DNA of 64,000 nt from a virus. The notes beneath the pieces are model-generated. The model had not been told where the DNA came from. It did not search any database and worked only from the letters and a program-made list of their open reading frames with translations. Location: the IMG/VR virus record IMGVR_UViG_3300026097_001210, positions 1-64,000 of that record; one strand, given 5' to 3'. The translations under genes were made by a program, and so were the position numbers. The number at the start of each line of letters is the position of its first letter. The stretch's first letter is position 1. Below are positions 8,380 through 17,526 of the stretch, in pieces.

Positions 8380-9983
8380 TGGAACAAGAGTGGACAGTCG
8401 GCGCTAGAATCGACGAATTAGAAAAACAAGAAAATAGCTTTAAGAATCAGGATCCATTCAACAAAAGCTGGGAAGACTTAAAGGCATACAATGGTTTGGC
8501 TACAAACTTTAAAAGAAGATCTACAAGAATTGCAAAAACCTTGGATATGCCACCAAGCGAGCAATACCTATCCAATGCTCGTGCCAGTCAGGTAGGAACA
8601 GACGGGGCAGGCTCTAAAGAAATTAATCCTGGCGACGTTTTTCGTAATGGCTACGGAATGTTTGATGTTATCACACCCCCATGGAACCTATACGAGCTTG
8701 CAAACTACTATGATACATCATTCGCTAATCACGCAGCTATTGATGCAAAGGTAGAGAATATCGTTGGACTTGGCTATGATTTCGCGGTATCAGAAAGAAC
8801 TATGCTTAGACTTGAAACTAATCAGGATGAGCTAGCCACTAAGCGTGCTCGCAACAGAATTGAAAGAGCAAGAATTGAGCTAAGGGACTGGATTGAAAAT
8901 CTTAATCAAGATGATTCTTTCACGAACACACTAATGAAGTTTTATACTGACGTTCAGTCAACTGGTAATGGATATTTAGAAATTGGTAGAACTACAAAGG
9001 GAGAGATTGGCTACATTGGACACATTCCCTCTACCACAATGCGAGTGCGAAGATTGCGCGATGGGTATGTTCAAATTATTGGACAGAAAGTTGTTTACTT
9101 CCGTAATTTCGGGGCAAATAATCAAAACCCCATGACCACCGACCCACGTCCAAATGAAATTATTCACTACAAAGAGTATTCTCCATTAAACACTTTTTAT
9201 GGTATTCCAGACATCATGTCTGCCATTTCATCACTTCATGGAGATCAGCTTGCCTCTCAGTACAACATTGACTACTTTGGAAATAAGGCTGTTCCAAGAT
9301 ATGTGGTTACCTTAAAGGGAGCAAAACTTTCTCCAGATGCTGAAGACAAGATGTTTAGATTTTTGCAAACAAGCCTAAAGGGTCAGTCCCATAGAACACT
9401 ATACATTCCACTACCTGGAGATACTGACAATAACAAAGTAGAGTTTAACATGGAGCCAATTGAAAATGGTGTTCAAGAGGCATCCTTTAATGAATACAGG
9501 GTCCGCAATAGAGATGATATTTTGGTTGCTCATCAGGTCCCTCTTTCAAAAATTGGTGGAGCAGATGCATCATCAATTGCATCAGCACTTGCACAAGACA
9601 GAACATTTAAAGAGCAGGTAGCTAGACCAGCACAAAAGAATTTAGAAAAAATTATAAACAAAGTCGTTAAAGAAAAAACAGACATTCTAGAGTTTAAGTT
9701 TAACGAACTAACATTGACAGACGAAATCGCTCAGTCACAAATTATTGAGCGCTATGTGAAGACACAGGTCATGACTCCAAACGAAGCAAGGCAAGAGCTT
9801 GGCCTCCCCCAAAGGCCAGATGGCGACGATCCATTCCTAATGTCCCCCAGACAAATGACTGATGCTAGAGCAAATTTGGCAGGGAATAGGGAAAGAGATT
9901 CTCAAAGATCAAATGAACAATCTGACAATACAGAAACACTACAAGGAAGAAACGCTCAGGGCGAAGGCCCAGCATCAGAGTAG
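8379..9983 (+). CDS. Portal protein (HK97-type)
   Basis: TGNGYLE, EIIHYK..SPLNTFYGIP, YFGNKAVP, HQVP, MTPNEARQELGL; position before protease and capsid. Confidence 0.92.
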   Translation: MEQEWTVGARIDELEKQENSFKNQDPFNKSWEDLKAYNGLATNFKRRSTRIAKTLDMPPSEQYLSNARASQVGTDGAGSKEINPGDVFRNGYGMFDVITPPWNLYELANYYDTSFANHAAIDAKVENIVGLGYDFAVSERTMLRLETNQDELATKRARNRIERARIELRDWIENLNQDDSFTNTLMKFYTDVQSTGNGYLEIGRTTKGEIGYIGHIPSTTMRVRRLRDGYVQIIGQKVVYFRNFGANNQNPMTTDPRPNEIIHYKEYSPLNTFYGIPDIMSAISSLHGDQLASQYNIDYFGNKAVPRYVVTLKGAKLSPDAEDKMFRFLQTSLKGQSHRTLYIPLPGDTDNNKVEFNMEPIENGVQEASFNEYRVRNRDDILVAHQVPLSKIGGADASSIASALAQDRTFKEQVARPAQKNLEKIINKVVKEKTDILEFKFNELTLTDEIAQSQIIERYVKTQVMTPNEARQELGLPQRPDGDDPFLMSPRQMTDARANLAGNRERDSQRSNEQSDNTETLQGRNAQGEGPASE

Positions 9984-10044
9984 AATGTTACAAAATATTA
10001 ATATATTTGAACTTTCTTAAAAAACAATGTATAATGGAGCTAGT

Positions 10045-11409
10045 ATGACTATGTTTAAAGCCCATTGGGATACAGATGGCGACGCCGTTCGCCTATCAAT
10101 GCCCTTTGCAAAAGTAGATAAAGAAAGACGCACAGTGTCTGGTTTTGCCACACTGGACAATGTTGATAAACAAAACGACATTGTTACCACCGATGCGTCT
10201 TTACAGGCTTTCTCCAAATTTCGCGGAAACATTCGAGAGATGCACCAGCCTTCGGCTGTTGGACGCATGGTGTCATTCAAAGAGGATAAGTATTTCGATC
10301 CTGACACCAAAAAATTCTATAGCGGCGTCTATGTTTCCGCGTACATTTCCAAGGGTGCACAAGACACCTGGGAAAAGGTAATGGACGGTACATATACAGG
10401 TTTTTCCATTGGCGGTAAAATGCTTAAATGGGACGATGCTTTCGATGAGAAAATGGATAAGCAAATTCGTATTATTAAAGAATATGACCTTGTAGAGCTT
10501 TCACTTGTTGACTCTCCTGCAAATCAGTTTGCTAGCATTCTATCTATCGAAAAGTCTAATAACGGTGAATTCGTAAAGGGAGAAGGCGTTGTAGATTTAG
10601 AAAATGTGTTTTGGGATTCGGATTCTGGGCTTGTCATACTGTCAGAAAACGAATCTGAAAACCACCCTGTTTCGGGGGAAGCTATGAAAAACATTGGATT
10701 TGTAGAAAAAGCCGATACAGAAAAAAATGACATGATAAAGTTCTTAGTTGATAGTGCTAAAGGCATTAATCTTTCTAAGATGACAGAGGAGGTAAGTCCT
10801 ATGACTGAAGCAACAGAAAATCTCACAGAAAAAACTGATGAGGTTGTTGAAGAAGTAGAGGTCGCTCCAGAGGCAGATGCCGAGACTGAAGAGGCAGCTG
10901 TTGAGGAAGAGGCCGAAAAGGCCGATTCTGCAGAAGAGACAGCTGAAGAATCAGAAGCAGACGTTGAAAAAGCTGATGCTACTGAAGCCGATGTCGAAGA
11001 GGCTGAGGCTACTGAAGCCGAAGTTGAAAAGGCCGAGGCTGTCGAGGCAGATGAAGAGGTAGCCAAGTCCGACGACGTAGCAGCCGTAGAGGCAGTTGCC
11101 GAAATTAAGGATACCCTCACATCAGCCTTTAGCGATCTTGCAGAAACCGTAAAAGCTCTTCACGAGCAGGTTAATGCATTAAACAAATCTATTACTGGTG
11201 TATCCGAAGAAGTTTCAGCTACAAAGCAAGAGCTTGCTGAAGCCAAGGGCCAGTTTGATGAGTTTGGTAAGCGTGTTGATGCTGTAGAGCAAGACACCGC
11301 TTTCCGTAAATCTGGCGATCTTGGCGAGATCGTGCAGGAACAACCAGAAATGGTTGAGAAATCCCTATGGGGCGGTCGTTTCCTCAAAACTGCCGACTTA
11401 TTTAAATAA
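10045..11409 (+). CDS. Prohead maturation protease fused to an acidic coiled-coil scaffold
   Basis: VSGFAT..DKQND, REMH, GFSIGG, LVELSLVDSPAN; E/A-rich C-terminal half; start 10045 or 10051 preferred over 10027. Confidence 0.88.
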   Translation: MTMFKAHWDTDGDAVRLSMPFAKVDKERRTVSGFATLDNVDKQNDIVTTDASLQAFSKFRGNIREMHQPSAVGRMVSFKEDKYFDPDTKKFYSGVYVSAYISKGAQDTWEKVMDGTYTGFSIGGKMLKWDDAFDEKMDKQIRIIKEYDLVELSLVDSPANQFASILSIEKSNNGEFVKGEGVVDLENVFWDSDSGLVILSENESENHPVSGEAMKNIGFVEKADTEKNDMIKFLVDSAKGINLSKMTEEVSPMTEATENLTEKTDEVVEEVEVAPEADAETEEAAVEEEAEKADSAEETAEESEADVEKADATEADVEEAEATEAEVEKAEAVEADEEVAKSDDVAAVEAVAEIKDTLTSAFSDLAETVKALHEQVNALNKSITGVSEEVSATKQELAEAKGQFDEFGKRVDAVEQDTAFRKSGDLGEIVQEQPEMVEKSLWGGRFLKTADLFK

Positions 11410-11435
11410 GCAAAAAATCACTTAGGAGGTGACAA

Positions 11436-12566
11436 ATGTCGGAAGAGATCAAGAAGAATCAGCCAGGTGAATCTGGTGAACTAGGAGGTACTGCTCCTGG
11501 TAACTTCCAGGGCCAGGGTGCATTCGCATCTGGTGGCGTTGGAGGCGTGACAGACCCTGGTGCTGACACACTTGGTAACATTCCTACCGCCGAGTTCGGT
11601 GTTACTACTGGTCCAAACGCAGTAAACCCTTCGGGTGATGCAGCTAGTGGTATTCTCCGTCCCGAGCAAGCACGTCGTTTTATTGACTACGTGTGGGATG
11701 GCACCGTTCTCGCCAAGGATGGTCGCCGTGTAACAATGCGCGCCAACACAATGGAACTCGAAAAAGTCAATGTTGGTGAGCGTGTTATTCGTGCAGCTTC
11801 ACAAGGTATTGGTGACTACACCAACACTGGTGCTACATTCAGCAAGGTAGAACTTACTACAAAGAAGATCCGCCTTGACTGGGAGGTCAGCGCTGAGGCA
11901 CTCGAAGACAACATCGAAGGTGCAGCTCTAGAAGACCACCTAGTAAGACTCATGACAAATGCTTTTGCAAATGACATCGAGGACCTTGCTATTAATGGTG
12001 ATGGTACTACAGGTAACTTCCTTTCCATTATGGACGGATTCGTTAACCGCGTAAAGACCAACGGAGATGCTCACGAGTATGTTGCTGAGGTGACCGACAA
12101 TGCCTGGACTACAGAGGTTATGCAGGGAATTCTCCTTGCCATGCCACGTAAGTACCGCGCACTTAAGAACAACCTTAAGTTCTACGCTGGTACTGACGCA
12201 TTCCAGGGAATTGTCAAGAACAACGGTACACTTGCTGACGCTATTGCTGAAGCATTTGCTGGCACACCAGCTGGTACAGAGCAGAACCGTCAGGCCTACC
12301 TCGATGGTCAGGCTCAGACACTCGGTACTGCTCGCACCACTCGTGTTCTCGGTATCGACGTTCAGGAAGTTCCATACTACCCAGAGGGCTATGTAGACAT
12401 TACATTCCCCGCTAACCGTGTATGGGGTTTCCAGCGCGACATCACTGTAAACCGTGAGTATGTTGCCAAAAAGGACACAATTGAATACACAGTATTCGTC
12501 CGCTTTGGTATTCAGTGGGAAGAGGAAGACGCCGTCGCATACGCAGACGCCGCTGCTGATTCCTAA
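11436..12566 (+). CDS. Major capsid protein (HK97 fold)
   Basis: GILRPEQARRFID, LEDNIEG, DIEDLAINGDG; strong SD and strongly biased codons; terminator follows. Confidence 0.92.
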   Translation: MSEEIKKNQPGESGELGGTAPGNFQGQGAFASGGVGGVTDPGADTLGNIPTAEFGVTTGPNAVNPSGDAASGILRPEQARRFIDYVWDGTVLAKDGRRVTMRANTMELEKVNVGERVIRAASQGIGDYTNTGATFSKVELTTKKIRLDWEVSAEALEDNIEGAALEDHLVRLMTNAFANDIEDLAINGDGTTGNFLSIMDGFVNRVKTNGDAHEYVAEVTDNAWTTEVMQGILLAMPRKYRALKNNLKFYAGTDAFQGIVKNNGTLADAIAEAFAGTPAGTEQNRQAYLDGQAQTLGTARTTRVLGIDVQEVPYYPEGYVDITFPANRVWGFQRDITVNREYVAKKDTIEYTVFVRFGIQWEEEDAVAYADAAADS

Positions 12567-12578
12567 TAACTCAACATT

Positions 12579-12616
12579 AAGGGGCAGGGGGCTTCGGCTC
12601 CCTGCCCTTTTATTTA
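12579..12616 (+). terminator. Rho-independent terminator after the capsid gene
   Basis: GGGGCAGGGGGC-TTCG-GCTCCCTGCCC stem followed by a T-rich tract. Confidence 0.88.
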
Positions 12617-12648
12617 TTCTGATATAATGTAATTAGGAGGCATACAAA

Positions 12649-13008
12649 ATGTCAGAAACAAATGCATGGGAAAAACCAGATACTTCTGAAGAATCTATTA
12701 TCACTGGAAAGACAACGTCTAAGAAAAGTGATGGAGATAAGCAGGGGTATGTTGGTTCAATTGAGACGGGTGCAATTGGTGTAACAGCTAAGGCACCTAA
12801 GAAAAAGCCTGCTGCTTCTAGAAAGTCTCCAGCCAAGAAAAGCGAAACAACTGCTATTTATTCTTCAAAGAATGTTGTTTGGCAGGGGGTTGGAAAGCTA
12901 GAAAAAGGCTATAACATTGTAACTGATAAACAAGCAGAGCAATGGTTAACTAGAGGTCATGTCCGTTTAGCTACGCCAGAAGAGGTTGCTAGAGAATACG
13001 GAAAGTAA
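12649..13008 (+). CDS. Hypothetical head-associated protein with Lys-rich linker
   Basis: TGATATAAT promoter and SD; located between capsid and adaptor genes. Confidence 0.65.
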   Translation: MSETNAWEKPDTSEESIITGKTTSKKSDGDKQGYVGSIETGAIGVTAKAPKKKPAASRKSPAKKSETTAIYSSKNVVWQGVGKLEKGYNIVTDKQAEQWLTRGHVRLATPEEVAREYGK

Positions 13009-13011
13009 AAA

Positions 13012-13890
13012 ATGGAAATACTGAGAGTTCCGTCATATCAAATTCAAGCAGAAATTTCGGTTTCTTCGCCATCAACGAGTTACGACTATACCGTAACAGA
13101 TATGGCGGATAACTCAGTTTCTAATGGGACGCTAACTTCTAGCATCGATTCTAAAATTACAATAGATTTTTCCGATAAGTATGATTCTAGCTATTTAGTT
13201 AACGTAGATGGCACAGATCATTATATTGATGTTGTCAGACCGTATGTAGACCCCACTACTAAAGCAGAAACAGCTTCTGAAATTAATGATTATGCAAAAT
13301 ATGAAATTATTGCAAGAGCAATTATTGACTCAGTTGTTCGAGAGGGATTCTACTACAAAAAGCACACAATTCAAACTACTGGTCTAGGTGCTGACTATAT
13401 ACCGCTTTGGGTTAACGCTCACAGGGTGCTGAAGCTTTATGAAAACAATGTCTTAATGTATGATTTTGACAATGCAGAAAACTATAGCACATCTTACAAA
13501 GTTACTACAGATAAAACAGCTGTTATAGAAGATTATGAAGATATGATTAATAGGTTGGAATCCTCCGCCCTTATGATACCCTCGGCTGGTTCAGATATCT
13601 TTGATATCAAATACACATACAAAGGTTTTCCTAAGACTTTTGACTACACGATTGTTTTAGAGGTGGGGTATCCAAATATTCCATCAGACATTGTTAGAGC
13701 TACGGAGCTATTGGTTGATGATATTGCTTGCGGTAGGCTAGACTATGCCCAAAGATATATGAAGAGCTATCAAACAGATCAATTTAAGATAGGCTTTGAT
13801 GACAGAGTATTTGAGGGTACTGGCAATCTAGTTGTAGACAAGATACTTTCTAAATATGCAAAGTCAATCACTAATCCTGGAGTATTGTAA
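13012..13890 (+). CDS. Head-to-tail adaptor
   Basis: EIIARAIIDS, VGYPNIPSDIVRAT, TGNLVVDKILSKY; synteny. Confidence 0.7.
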   Translation: MEILRVPSYQIQAEISVSSPSTSYDYTVTDMADNSVSNGTLTSSIDSKITIDFSDKYDSSYLVNVDGTDHYIDVVRPYVDPTTKAETASEINDYAKYEIIARAIIDSVVREGFYYKKHTIQTTGLGADYIPLWVNAHRVLKLYENNVLMYDFDNAENYSTSYKVTTDKTAVIEDYEDMINRLESSALMIPSAGSDIFDIKYTYKGFPKTFDYTIVLEVGYPNIPSDIVRATELLVDDIACGRLDYAQRYMKSYQTDQFKIGFDDRVFEGTGNLVVDKILSKYAKSITNPGVL

Positions 13891-14336
13891 TGGAATGTGG
13901 ATCAAACGACCCCTTGTTCCCAATGCAAGCAGATATTTACTATCCAGAAGTTAACCAAAGCGCTTATGGGAATGTTAGCAAGAACTGGATGAAAGATAGA
14001 ACGATTTCTTGCAACCTTGGGCCAGCAGGCTCTCGCTTTAAGGAAGAGGTTGACCCACAAGTTGCTTTAAACATAGAGTCTCTCTTAATTGGTAGATTTA
14101 AAGAAGATATTAGGTTTTCGGGTGACGATCGGGGTAAAGCAATTACCAACATTGTCATTAGCAATGTAAAAGATAGAAACTGTAATGATTTATATGTAGA
14201 AACATCTGGCGCTAGATCTGGACAGTCAACTATTTTTGAAGTTGCAACGGTAACTCCCCACGTCGGACCTTTTGGAGGAGTAGAGTATTATCGAGTTATT
14301 CTTAAAAGATCAGAGAATCAGGGGGTAGACGTATGA
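13890..14336 (+). CDS. Head-to-tail stopper/closure protein
   Basis: Size and synteny; NQSAYG..W pattern. Confidence 0.55.
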   Translation: MECGSNDPLFPMQADIYYPEVNQSAYGNVSKNWMKDRTISCNLGPAGSRFKEEVDPQVALNIESLLIGRFKEDIRFSGDDRGKAITNIVISNVKDRNCNDLYVETSGARSGQSTIFEVATVTPHVGPFGGVEYYRVILKRSENQGVDV

Positions 14337-15010
14337 TAAGCGTTGAGTTTGATTCAAAATCTTTTGCAAGAGAAATGAAAATGATTACCGACTATGCCTA
14401 TGGTTTTGTTCAGGGGGCTAGATCTGGACAGAAAGTTTTAATAGATCAAATTGGTAGAACCGCTGTAGAAATTCTTGGTGAGTTTATTGATTCTAATGCT
14501 AGAGCTAACTCAGATGCACTTCATCATGTTTATGAATGGGGGCAATCTGGAAGCCCCGCCGCAAGACTTTTTGATTTACAATATTCTACATATGGAGGAG
14601 GCCTAACAATTAGCTCCTCTTTTAGACAGTCGTCTAGTATTAAAAAGGGGTCCAACGTTCCTTTCTACGACAAAGCAAGAATAATGGAGCAAGGCATTCC
14701 AGTGAGAATTAAACCCGTCAGGGCGCAAGCACTACGATTTGAAGATGATGGCGAAGAGGTTTTTACAAAAAAACCAGTAACGGTAGACAATCCAGGTGGA
14801 AGCCAGGTAGAGGGTAATTTTAAAGAAACTATTGATATGTTTTTTAACAATTATTTTTCACAGGCTTTTTTGCAGGTAAGTGGAATTTCTCAAATACTAA
14901 ATGATGTTGTAACATTTTCTAAAAATTTACCAAGAGCAAAATCTGGTGGACGTTCTGCTGGATATGATGTTGGATATCGTTGGATTGCTGCAAGGAGGTT
15001 TGGAGTATAA
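14333..15010 (+). CDS. Neck/tail-completion protein
   Basis: Synteny; IKPVRAQALRF..VFTKKPV.NPG motif typical of neck proteins. Confidence 0.55.
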   Translation: MISVEFDSKSFAREMKMITDYAYGFVQGARSGQKVLIDQIGRTAVEILGEFIDSNARANSDALHHVYEWGQSGSPAARLFDLQYSTYGGGLTISSSFRQSSSIKKGSNVPFYDKARIMEQGIPVRIKPVRAQALRFEDDGEEVFTKKPVTVDNPGGSQVEGNFKETIDMFFNNYFSQAFLQVSGISQILNDVVTFSKNLPRAKSGGRSAGYDVGYRWIAARRFGV

Positions 15011-15642
15011 TGGCTATAGATTATCCCCCAGTTTTTATTAATTATTATTTAGCTGACAAAGTGTATGAAAGAATTCCAGATTATTACTTTAAACCTTCTC
15101 TTGGAATACAGGAAGAGTTCTTTCCAAGTGAAAACAATCCCTTTAGCTACCCCCTGAGATTTTTTCCAACACAGCCAACATCTATCGACACTTTAACCGA
15201 AGAGTTTCCAGAAGCTGCCGAAAACGTTTTTGCTGTATACGACAGAATGTTTAGAATGAGAAGGGGCCCCTTTCCTCATAAAAGAACTGAGCAGTTGCTG
15301 TACTACTTCTACAAAACAGCAGGAGACATCGAGGCACTAATTGAAACAACTCAGATTGTTGCAGAGCTACTGGATGATGGCGACGAATCCGCGGTAGATG
15401 TCAATAGATGGATCAGAGATCTTTATAAAAATGCTGGAACCACCTCAGATTATTCAAAAGGAGAAGATTCCAACGGAAGACCATACCTGACTATTTTAGG
15501 AAAAGATTTCTATCTTCCATATTTTCATGAGTTTAAGATTTTTCAATTAGAAGAAGCAAGAGATATTATTGATTTTGGAACAGCTAGAACATATGCTGCC
15601 AACAAACTAATTATTGAGTACTGCTGGCATAAAACTGTTTAA
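15010..15642 (+). CDS. Probable tail terminator
   Basis: TAATG coupling at 15008-15012; position directly before the major tail gene. Confidence 0.45.
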   Translation: MAIDYPPVFINYYLADKVYERIPDYYFKPSLGIQEEFFPSENNPFSYPLRFFPTQPTSIDTLTEEFPEAAENVFAVYDRMFRMRRGPFPHKRTEQLLYYFYKTAGDIEALIETTQIVAELLDDGDESAVDVNRWIRDLYKNAGTTSDYSKGEDSNGRPYLTILGKDFYLPYFHEFKIFQLEEARDIIDFGTARTYAANKLIIEYCWHKTV

Positions 15643-15718
15643 TTTAAAAATGGCTGTTATACTTAAAGCTGAGGAAACGCGCCTACTACTTCATATATGA
15701 AAGAAGAGGTGAAATACT

Positions 15719-16378
15719 ATGGCATATTCAAGAGGTAATAGCTCCCAGATTATTGTGGGTGCTGCTGCTCTTTTCACATTCGAAGAGGGTGAGCTTACCG
15801 ATGCTGACCTGCCAACAGTTGTAGATGACCTAAGCTACCGCGAGACTCTCTCGGACGCTACTGACGGTGTGGGCTTCCGCAACGTTGGTTACACCATGAA
15901 CGGTCTAGAAATTGTTTTCCAGCCCGACTTTGGTGAGGTACAGGTAGACCAGATTCTCGACGTTGCTAAGCTTTACAAGCAGGGTATGCAGGTTAATCTA
16001 AACACTGCATTCGCTGAAGCAACACTTGAGAACCTGCTATTTGCAGTTGCAGGTAAGAGCGATGACATCACAGAGGGCCCAACAACTGGTTCCTTTGCTG
16101 GTTCTTCAAACACAGTGCTAGACATGTCGTCTGGTGACATCGGTGAGTGCCCAGTCGAGCGTGGTCTTGTTGCTGTCGGACCAGGTACAGGAGACTGTGC
16201 AATTGGTGATCAGATCGAGCGTATCTATGTTGGATACCGTGCACTTTCAATTGAAAGCGTTACAGTGTCCGCAAAGCGCGACGAGCCAACAATGTTTGAA
16301 GTTTCATTCAGAATGCTTCCAAACAACAGCGGTTCCTACGGTAAAATCGTAGACCGTACCATTCCAGCTTCTAGCTAG
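15719..16378 (+). CDS. Major tail (tube) protein
   Basis: IIVGAA, NVGYTMNGLE, VDQ, FAEATLENL; capsid-like codon bias; terminator follows. Confidence 0.85.
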   Translation: MAYSRGNSSQIIVGAAALFTFEEGELTDADLPTVVDDLSYRETLSDATDGVGFRNVGYTMNGLEIVFQPDFGEVQVDQILDVAKLYKQGMQVNLNTAFAEATLENLLFAVAGKSDDITEGPTTGSFAGSSNTVLDMSSGDIGECPVERGLVAVGPGTGDCAIGDQIERIYVGYRALSIESVTVSAKRDEPTMFEVSFRMLPNNSGSYGKIVDRTIPASS

Positions 16379-16393
16379 AATACAATTTAATAT

Positions 16394-16436
16394 AAGGCGC
16401 CCAGGGGCTAATATCCCCCTGGGCGCTTATGTTTTG
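16394..16436 (+). terminator. Rho-independent terminator after the major tail gene
   Basis: GGCGCCCAGGGG / CCCCTGGGCGCT inverted repeat followed by TATGTTTT. Confidence 0.8.
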
Positions 16437-16449
16437 GTACAATTATATT

Positions 16450-17133
16450 ATGGCTACCGACATATACAAGAAAAACTATGTAGAGTTGATTGACGGTACC
16501 AAGGTAGTCTTGTCACCATTAAAAATAAAATATCTAAAAGAATTTATGAATATTTTTGAAAATATTAAAAACTCAAAAAACGATGACGAATCCATCACAA
16601 TACTTTCTGAATGTGCTGCTGTATGTATGCAACAAAACTATCCCATTATTCAAACTAGAGAAGATTTGGAAGACCACGTTGACCTTCCAACCGTTTATGA
16701 AATATTAGATTATTGTGCGGGTATTAAAATTAATCCCGAAGAAAGCAGTGTTGACGAACAAGCAAAACAACAAAAGACTGGCAACAGCTGGGACGAGCTG
16801 GACTTAGCTTCTCTAGAAGCAGAAATTTTTACTACGGGTGCCTGGAAAAACTTTGAAGAACTTGAGTCCTCGATTAACATGAAAGAACTAGTTGCCGTTC
16901 TAGAAAAAATTAGAGAGCTTGATTATAATGAGAAAAAGTTTTTTGCTGCAATCCAAGGCGTTGACTTGGATAAAAACTCCAACAAGGGCCAGGATGAATG
17001 GGAAAAGATGAAAGCAAGAGTCTTTAGCAATAATGCTACTGAGGACCCAGATGACATCCTTTCCTTGCAGGGTATAAATGCAGAAAAGGCTGGATTTGGA
17101 ATAGGCATGGGGCTTTCCTACGAAAAACTTTAG
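16450..17133 (+). CDS. Tail assembly chaperone, long (GT-like) form
   Basis: Between major tail and tape measure genes; N-terminal ~95 aa paralogous to 17200-17511, plus a C-terminal T-like domain (WKNFEELESS); leaderless TGGTACAAT-N6-ATG. Confidence 0.75.
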   Translation: MATDIYKKNYVELIDGTKVVLSPLKIKYLKEFMNIFENIKNSKNDDESITILSECAAVCMQQNYPIIQTREDLEDHVDLPTVYEILDYCAGIKINPEESSVDEQAKQQKTGNSWDELDLASLEAEIFTTGAWKNFEELESSINMKELVAVLEKIRELDYNEKKFFAAIQGVDLDKNSNKGQDEWEKMKARVFSNNATEDPDDILSLQGINAEKAGFGIGMGLSYEKL

Positions 17134-17199
17134 TCAATAATTAAGAATCGATTATGTTATAATTAGATAGCCAAAAAAACAAAAGGAGACATGATTTAT

Positions 17200-17511
17200 A
17201 TGGCAAACACTACAAACAATGAAGAACAAGAAATTAAATTAATGGATGGAACAAAAATCAAAGTAAGACCACTAAAGATTTCACTACTTCGTGAATTTAT
17301 GAAAAAGTTTGAGGGTATTCAAGCAGTTGCATCTGATAATGAAAAGTCAATGGACATTTTGCTTGAGTGTGTTCAAATAGCCATGAAGCAGTATAAGCAA
17401 GAGCTTTCTGAGGACAAGGAACAGCTCGAAGAACTTCTCGATCTACCAACAGTATATCGAATTGTTGAAGAGGCATCTGGAGTAAGACTTTCAGATTCTC
17501 TTATAAATTAA
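17200..17511 (+). CDS. Tail assembly chaperone, short (G-like) form
   Basis: DGTKIKVRPLKISLLREFM and DLPTVY shared with the upstream gene; own promoter TGTTATAAT and SD (start 17191 or 17200). Confidence 0.75.
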   Translation: MANTTNNEEQEIKLMDGTKIKVRPLKISLLREFMKKFEGIQAVASDNEKSMDILLECVQIAMKQYKQELSEDKEQLEELLDLPTVYRIVEEASGVRLSDSLIN

Positions 17512-17526
17512 AAGGAGCTATTCTGA

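Noticed and set aside
10524-11120. 198-aa Ser/Ala-rich minus-strand ORF
   Set aside because: Antisense shadow of the E/A-rich scaffold codons; no RBS or promoter
16700-17526. Programmed -1 frameshift in the tail chaperones
   Set aside because: The long form is a single in-frame ORF, and no downstream ORF follows the short form
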